Below are positions 58,840 through 64,000 of a stretch of 64,000 nt of DNA, piece by piece. The DNA comes from Vampirovibrionales bacterium (GTDB lineage Bacteria > Cyanobacteriota > Vampirovibrionia > Vampirovibrionales > Vampirovibrionaceae), in contig JBDIVN010000007.1 in assembly GCA_039794365.1 (NCBI GenBank), positions 44,389 through 108,388 of the forward strand. Direction: 5' to 3'. Under the pieces are notes generated by a model. That model worked only from the letters and a program-made list of their open reading frames with translations. It was not told the origin of the DNA and searched no databases. Position numbers and translations under genes: made by a program. The first letter of the stretch is position 1; every line of letters starts with the position of its first letter.

Positions 58840-59931
58840 ATGGAACGCGTTGCAGGGATCGGACCCGCCGCCGCATGGCCATTCGAACAGAAAGCACCGG
58901 AGAGCCGGTTCGCAGGCAGGTCGGGCAACCATGCCGGAGCCGGCACGGTTCGCTTTGAGGGAGGACTGGTGGGCAGCCCGCCGGAACCACAAAAACCCAG
59001 CCGGTTAGGCCGGCTCATAAAGACTCTTGCCCTGGTAGGGATGGGCGCCTTGGGCGGCTATTTCTACGGCGCCTCCGGCCAGTCGCCGGTTCGGGAACCC
59101 GTCGTGGCTGAGCGACCGGCGCCCCAAGTTCAGCCTCCTGCCGAAACGGCAAAACGGATGCCGACTATCCGCCAGCACCAACCGAAGAACCCCCATTCCA
59201 CAGCCATCTATCAGGCCTTCCAACGGCCCGGTATCGATCTGGCCGTGGTGGAAAGCCATCTGGACGAGGGCGGGGACCTGGCCGACAGATTCGGAGGCCA
59301 CACCCTGTTTGCCAACGGGATGCTCAGCGCCGCCCGCAACGGGAACGAGGCCCTTGCCGACTTCCTGCTGGATCGCGCCACGCCGGAGATGCTGGCCGAG
59401 CGGACATCCAACGGCATGAACCTCCTGAAGCGGATGGCCGCCAGTACGACTGACGGCGGAGTCCGGGTGTTCGAAAAGACCCTGAACGCCATGAAGGAGG
59501 CAGGCATAGAGGACATTGCCAAACCAGATGTCTATGATTGGCACCTGGCCCATAGCCTGGCTTTTTTCGGCAACCATGGGGCGCTTCAGATCGTCATCAA
59601 CGATACGGAAACCTTCGGCAATCCCCAAACGTACCTGATCGCGGTGACAAGGCCCTATGACAACGGCCAGGAAGGCCGGTCGCACAGCGTCACTCCCGGC
59701 AAAACGCCGCTCCAGATTGCCCAACGCCAGCTGGACAGCACCGTTGAAGGGTCCAACATCGTTGTGGACAAGAAAAAACAGGCGCTGTGCGAAGGGGTGG
59801 ACATCCCCGCCGAATCGCAGGAAATCTGTGCCGAGCTGGACGCCGATCTCGCCGGGGCCGCCGAGCGCATCCAGGCCAAACGCACCCGGTTGGAGGCCAC
59901 CATCCGGTTGATTCAGGAAACCCTCGGTTAA
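58840..59931 (+). CDS. hypothetical protein (363 aa)
   Basis: AAGGGG RBS. N-terminal Pro/Gly-rich region with one hydrophobic segment (LALVGMGALGGYFYG), then a helical-repeat-like domain. Confidence 0.45.
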   Translation: MERVAGIGPAAAWPFEQKAPESRFAGRSGNHAGAGTVRFEGGLVGSPPEPQKPSRLGRLIKTLALVGMGALGGYFYGASGQSPVREPVVAERPAPQVQPPAETAKRMPTIRQHQPKNPHSTAIYQAFQRPGIDLAVVESHLDEGGDLADRFGGHTLFANGMLSAARNGNEALADFLLDRATPEMLAERTSNGMNLLKRMAASTTDGGVRVFEKTLNAMKEAGIEDIAKPDVYDWHLAHSLAFFGNHGALQIVINDTETFGNPQTYLIAVTRPYDNGQEGRSHSVTPGKTPLQIAQRQLDSTVEGSNIVVDKKKQALCEGVDIPAESQEICAELDADLAGAAERIQAKRTRLEATIRLIQETLG

Positions 59932-59996
59932 ACCCGGCCCCGGCAATCTGACATAAACGGGCGTTTTCGTTATGATAGCGTCACGGAGATGATGTC

Positions 59997-60797
59997 ATGA
60001 CCTCAATGCCCCACGTCCAGCCCCTTGCCGACGCGGCTGCCTCGCAGCAGACGCCGCAGGCACTGCTACAGGAAGTCTTCTCGTCCGTCCAGGGGGAAGG
60101 TATCCATGTGGGCAGGCGGCAGGTCTTCGTGCGCTTCGCCCACTGCCACCTCAAGTGCCGCTACTGCGACACGGCCATGAGCAGCGAAGACGGGCGGCTG
60201 CACGTGGAGACCATGCCGGGTCAAGGCAAAGACCTGGTCCTCGACAACCCGGTTTCCCCTGAGGATTTGCTGAACGTCATCGACGGGCTGCTGACGCAGG
60301 CCCGGCACCACAGCGTGAGCTTCACCGGCGGCGAACCGCTGCTCTACCACCGTTTTCTCAGGCACGTTTTTCCGGAGATTCAGAAACGCAGCCGGACCTA
60401 TCTGGAAACCAGCGGCACCCAGCCGGAATTTCTCGCCGAAGTGCTGCCCTGGACCGACATCATCGCGATGGACATCAAGCTCCCGTCGGCCACCGGCGAG
60501 CGGGCCTATTTCGACGAGCACCGGGCCTTTCTGGACGTGGCGGCAAGCCGCCCGGAAACGGCGGTCTTCCTCAAGCTGGTCTTCGGCCCGGATATCACTG
60601 AAAGTGAGATGGCTGCCATAGAGGCTGCCATTCCAGACTGCCGCCTGCCCCTGATTCTCCAGCCGGTGACGTCGCTCACCGACCGCCAGGTGCATCTCGA
60701 CCCCCGGCGCCTCTTCGCCATCGAGCAGCGCCTGTCCCAAACCTTCAAGGACGTCCGCGTCATTCCCCAGACCCACAAGATGCTCAACATTCTTTAA
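59997..60797 (+). CDS. queE: 7-carboxy-7-deazaguanine synthase (radical SAM)
   Basis: EVFSSVQGEG N-terminus, radical-SAM cluster motif CHLKCRYCDT and GGEPLL. Confidence 0.8.
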   Translation: MTSMPHVQPLADAAASQQTPQALLQEVFSSVQGEGIHVGRRQVFVRFAHCHLKCRYCDTAMSSEDGRLHVETMPGQGKDLVLDNPVSPEDLLNVIDGLLTQARHHSVSFTGGEPLLYHRFLRHVFPEIQKRSRTYLETSGTQPEFLAEVLPWTDIIAMDIKLPSATGERAYFDEHRAFLDVAASRPETAVFLKLVFGPDITESEMAAIEAAIPDCRLPLILQPVTSLTDRQVHLDPRRLFAIEQRLSQTFKDVRVIPQTHKMLNIL

Positions 60798-60919
60798 GGA
60801 AGAGGAAGAAGTTTGTTTGAACGGGTCCGTTCTAACCAAAGGTCATCCGCCTCCGTAAGGCTCCTTTGTCGCCAACGGATGCAGACCTCCCCGTCCCCTT
60901 CCTATATGGAGTGAGGGGT

Positions 60920-62344
60920 CTAGGCGTTGTAGAACAAAGGACGGCGCTGCTGCTGCTGCTGGTGTTGCTGTTGCTGCTGGGACTGGCCGCCGCCGAAGCC
61001 GAAGAAGTCGCCGCCGGGCTGCTGCTGGCCGGCGCCGTCGCCGCCCATGCGGAAGGGAATGTAGCCGCCGCTGCCCTTTTTCTCCATGGTGTCCGGGTTC
61101 AGGCCCATCCCGGCATCCCGGGAAAGACCGGCGAAGCCGATGGATTCTGTGGCAGGTTTGGACGGGGCAGGCAGGGACGGGGCCATCGGGATGCTGCCGG
61201 TCAGTTCGGCGGCATGTTTGGCCGGGGAGTACAGGTGACCCTGCTGGATGGCGGCGTTTTGCAGGCCCTTGAGATTGCGGGCGAAACTGTCGCTGACGTT
61301 GACGTCGAACTTGGCCTTGTTGGCGGCAATCTGGCGGGCGGTCGTCAGATCCACCTCGGAGTCCGCCCCGGCCACGGCAATGCCCGTCTCCTGGGGCTGA
61401 AGCGCTTTGAGGCGATCCAGCACCGGATTGGTCTGGAGGTTGAAGGCGAAGGGATTGGCGTTCTCCAGCGGGTTGACGGTCTGCTGGCGGCCAAACAGGC
61501 CCTGGAGCTTCTCCTGCCCCTGCAGTTCCTGGAGCTGCCGGGTCAGGAAGTCCTGGATGTCCAGACGATTGGCCGGCTGGTTGGGGTTGATGCCGTCGCG
61601 TCCGGCGATCTCACGGGCCGGAACCGGGTTCACCGTAAAGGTCGCGCCGTTGGTGATGTCAAAGCGGTTGGACAGGCCGAAGTTGTCCGCCGTGGCGCCG
61701 AACCGGGGCAGGCGACCCTGGGCGGAGGGGGAGGTTTCAATGCGGTCGATGTTGCCCGCCCCGTCGGTAAAGACCTTGAAGCCCATGCCGTTCTGCGGGA
61801 TGCGGAACTCCGGCTGGTTGCGCAGGGTGTCGAAATTAGCATCGGAAATGGAGAAATACTGGATGCGCTCCTGGTATGCCGCGGGCACTTCCGGGGCCAC
61901 GGCAGGCACTTGGCCGGTGGTGATGTGGGGACGAAAACCGTTGCTGCTGGCCGGGGCATAGCCGATGTTGAGGGGCCGGTTGAAATTTTCGGCCTCGCTG
62001 ACCGGACGGCTTTCAATGGGAGAAGGGTTTCGCAGGAAACGCGTGTCCGGGCGGATGGCCAGGTAATGGCCATAGTCGATCGGACGGGTCGGCGGCTTGT
62101 TCACGTCATAGGCGGGGGTAAACTCCGTTGCCGGAATGGTGAACGACGAATTGGCGTTCAGGCTGCCATTCGTCGCCTGGGTCCGGTTTCCGCTGACCGA
62201 AAAGAACTGCAGGTTCGGCTGCGGCTGCTCCAGGTAACGCCGGGTCATACCGTTGAATCGGTTCAGGTTGATTCCGCCAATGGCCAAGGTCAAAACTCCA
62301 ACGCTCTTTATCCTCTCTATAGGCTTCGACCGGATGTCGTCCAA
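60920..62344 (-). CDS. Gln/Asn/Gly-rich hypothetical protein with N-terminal hydrophobic anchor
   Basis: 474-aa ORF with one N-terminal hydrophobic segment (VGVLTLAIGGI), long N/Q/P/G-rich low complexity and a poly-Gln C-terminus (QSQQQQQHQQQQQRRP). Confidence 0.4.
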   Translation of the reverse strand: MDDIRSKPIERIKSVGVLTLAIGGINLNRFNGMTRRYLEQPQPNLQFFSVSGNRTQATNGSLNANSSFTIPATEFTPAYDVNKPPTRPIDYGHYLAIRPDTRFLRNPSPIESRPVSEAENFNRPLNIGYAPASSNGFRPHITTGQVPAVAPEVPAAYQERIQYFSISDANFDTLRNQPEFRIPQNGMGFKVFTDGAGNIDRIETSPSAQGRLPRFGATADNFGLSNRFDITNGATFTVNPVPAREIAGRDGINPNQPANRLDIQDFLTRQLQELQGQEKLQGLFGRQQTVNPLENANPFAFNLQTNPVLDRLKALQPQETGIAVAGADSEVDLTTARQIAANKAKFDVNVSDSFARNLKGLQNAAIQQGHLYSPAKHAAELTGSIPMAPSLPAPSKPATESIGFAGLSRDAGMGLNPDTMEKKGSGGYIPFRMGGDGAGQQQPGGDFFGFGGGQSQQQQQHQQQQQRRPLFYNA

Positions 62345-62545
62345 TCTTCAATACCAGTATACCGAATCGATATATCTTTTTTACAAAATTTTACAAACAC
62401 GCCCGGATGCAGTAACTTTAAGTGGATACTGACCCGGCGCCCCAGGGAACCCCCCGGCTTTTCCGGCGTCAGTTTGCAGTAAACAGGCAATTCAGGCATA
62501 ACCCAAGGGAGTCCCAGCTTTGGCAAAGCGGCTGTTTTACGGATT

Positions 62546-64000
62546 CATGGCATTTCTGGCAATCGCCATCGGCTTTTTGATTAGTGGGGGCGGCATCAGC
62601 GGCACCGCCTTCGGGCAGGTGGCCTATACGGTGGAAAGCGCCGGCGGCGAAAACCTCCACGTCACCCTGCGGGACCAGTCCCGCCCGGACAACACTATCG
62701 TGCTGTACACGCCGGAGTATGGCCCGAAAACCCGCACCAACCCCTACGGCGTGGAAGTGATTGCCGAGGAAACGAAGCGGGACGGCGAATACGTGGTGCG
62801 CAGGGTCACCAGCGTGTTCGAATGCCAGAAGGGCGAGTTGCGGGCCTGCGGCAACGCGGAGATCCCCGCAAAAGGCATCGTGCTGTCGGCCAGCGGCGCC
62901 ATGCGAAGCCCCCTGCTTGAGGCCCTGCGCCCCGGTGACCCTTTCGTCCTGAGGCCCCAGTGGTTCCAGAGCAAGACCGTGCCCATCACCGTCATCAACC
63001 CGAACATGAGCAACAACGCGCCGTCCTGCGGCTTTCCCGGCTGCCGCGGGGGGAACCAGATGGTGATCTACAACCGCGATTACGGCAAACCCAAAACCGG
63101 CACCAACGAGTTCGGCTTCGAGGTCACCGTGGTGGACGGCATGGTGGTGGCCCACGAGGGGGCCGACTCGACGATCCCGGAAACCGGCTACGTCATCAGC
63201 GGGCACGGCAAGGCCCGCGACTGGCTGGTGGCCAACGCCCCGCTGGGCGCCAGAATCTCCGTCAACGAGGACGGCACTGCGCTGACCAGCACCGTGGACG
63301 TTTGGACCTACCGATATCAGCTGGCCCGACGAATCGAAGACGCCCAATGCACCGTACCCGTTGGCGTCTGCCGGGGAATTAGCGATGCCGAGTTTCAGAT
63401 CGAGCAGCTGCAGCAGCGGGGACGTGATGAGGATGCCGCCCAACTGGCGGTCGCCGCCCTGGAAGGCCTGAACAAGAGCCTGTGGAAGGAATACCCCAGC
63501 TTTGATCCCCAGGCCGTCCGCGCCATCTGGCACCGCCCCGTGGAAACCTCGCGCCATGACGTGATCCAGACCCTGGAATTTTTACAGGAGTCCGGCATCA
63601 ACACGGTATATCTCGAAACGTTTTTCCATGGCTACACCATCTTTCCCTCGGAAACCTACAGGGCCTACGACCTGCCCGCGCAGTACCCCAAATTCGCCCC
63701 GGCGGGAGACCTGCTTCAAATCTGGATTGACGAAGCGCATCAGAGGGACATCAAAGTCGGGGTCTGGTTCCAGACCTTCTATGCCGGAAACAGGCAGGCC
63801 TACAACGGCAGCATCCCGGACGAAGGGCCGATCCTGAGCAAATACCCCGACTGGGCGAACATCCAGTACTCGGCCAAGGACAAGAGCAAGCTCATCCCCT
63901 CCACCCTGGAGTCCGGCGGCTATTTCCTGGACCCGGCCAATCCGCGTGCCCGCGGATTCCTGCTACAGCTGGCCGAGGAGATTGTCCGGCGTTACGATGT
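62546..64000 (+). CDS. glycoside hydrolase family 10-like (GHL10/DUF187-type) protein, 3'-truncated by window end
   Basis: Hand-translated open frame not in the ORF track (no stop within the window). N-terminal hydrophobic segment MAFLAIAIGFLISGG, duplicated beta domains, then a TIM-barrel-like region with GINTVYLETFFHGYTIFPS and DIKVGVWFQTFYAG. A TTG start at 62519 is also possible. Confidence 0.5.

Noticed and set aside
62469-63557. 362-aa minus-strand ORF
   Set aside because: Antisense to the better-supported plus-strand GHL10-like frame (coherent TIM-barrel-like motifs on the plus strand). Gly/Ala/Arg-rich artefact.

Overview
This 64 kb window is high-GC (about 60-65% by eye) and reads like a chromosomal segment of a Gram-negative, deltaproteobacteria-like organism (Desulfobacterota or Myxococcota style). 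It is gene-dense with housekeeping genes. It includes the replication-origin neighbourhood (rpmH-rnpA-yidD-yidC on the minus strand, facing dnaA on the plus strand). Other confident calls are trxB, grpE-dnaJ, atpD-atpC, lysC, pyk, pyrK-pyrD, def-fmt-rsmB, accD-accA, queE and an EnvC-like M23 peptidase.

Two accessory-looking regions stand out. The first is a complete Tad/Flp tight-adherence pilus operon on the minus strand (about 1.4-11.4 kb: flp, tadE-like, cpaB, cpaC, cpaE, cpaF, tadB, tadC and a terminal coiled-coil ORF, ending in a clean intrinsic terminator). Beside it are a divergent 552-aa protein with a Flp/TadE-type prepilin N-terminus fused to a roughly 500-aa helical domain, an S1/P1-nuclease-like gene, a small (p)ppGpp-hydrolase-type HD protein and a tandem HD-GYP protein. 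The second is a minus-strand three-gene cluster (18.6-26.4 kb). It encodes a Pro/Gln/Tyr-rich disordered protein with HEAT-like repeats, a 1619-aa signal-peptide plus AMIN, roughly 1,200-aa repetitive coiled-coil and C-terminal TPR protein (its gene carries near-identical 180-nt tandem repeats), and an AMIN-TPR protein. This cluster looks like an undescribed periplasmic, peptidoglycan-anchored coiled-coil system.

Smaller oddities: a roughly 0.7 kb low-GC insertion with an orphan ORF right after dnaJ; dnaA not followed by dnaN; grpE-dnaJ without dnaK; atpDC separated from the rest of the atp genes; a YidC that lacks the large N-terminal periplasmic domain but has an internal insertion; and a DUF4129/DUF4350/MoxR cluster lacking DUF58 that is translationally coupled to pyrK-pyrD. 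I found no tRNA, rRNA, CRISPR array or transposase. Many long antisense ORFs in the six-frame track are high-GC artefacts.
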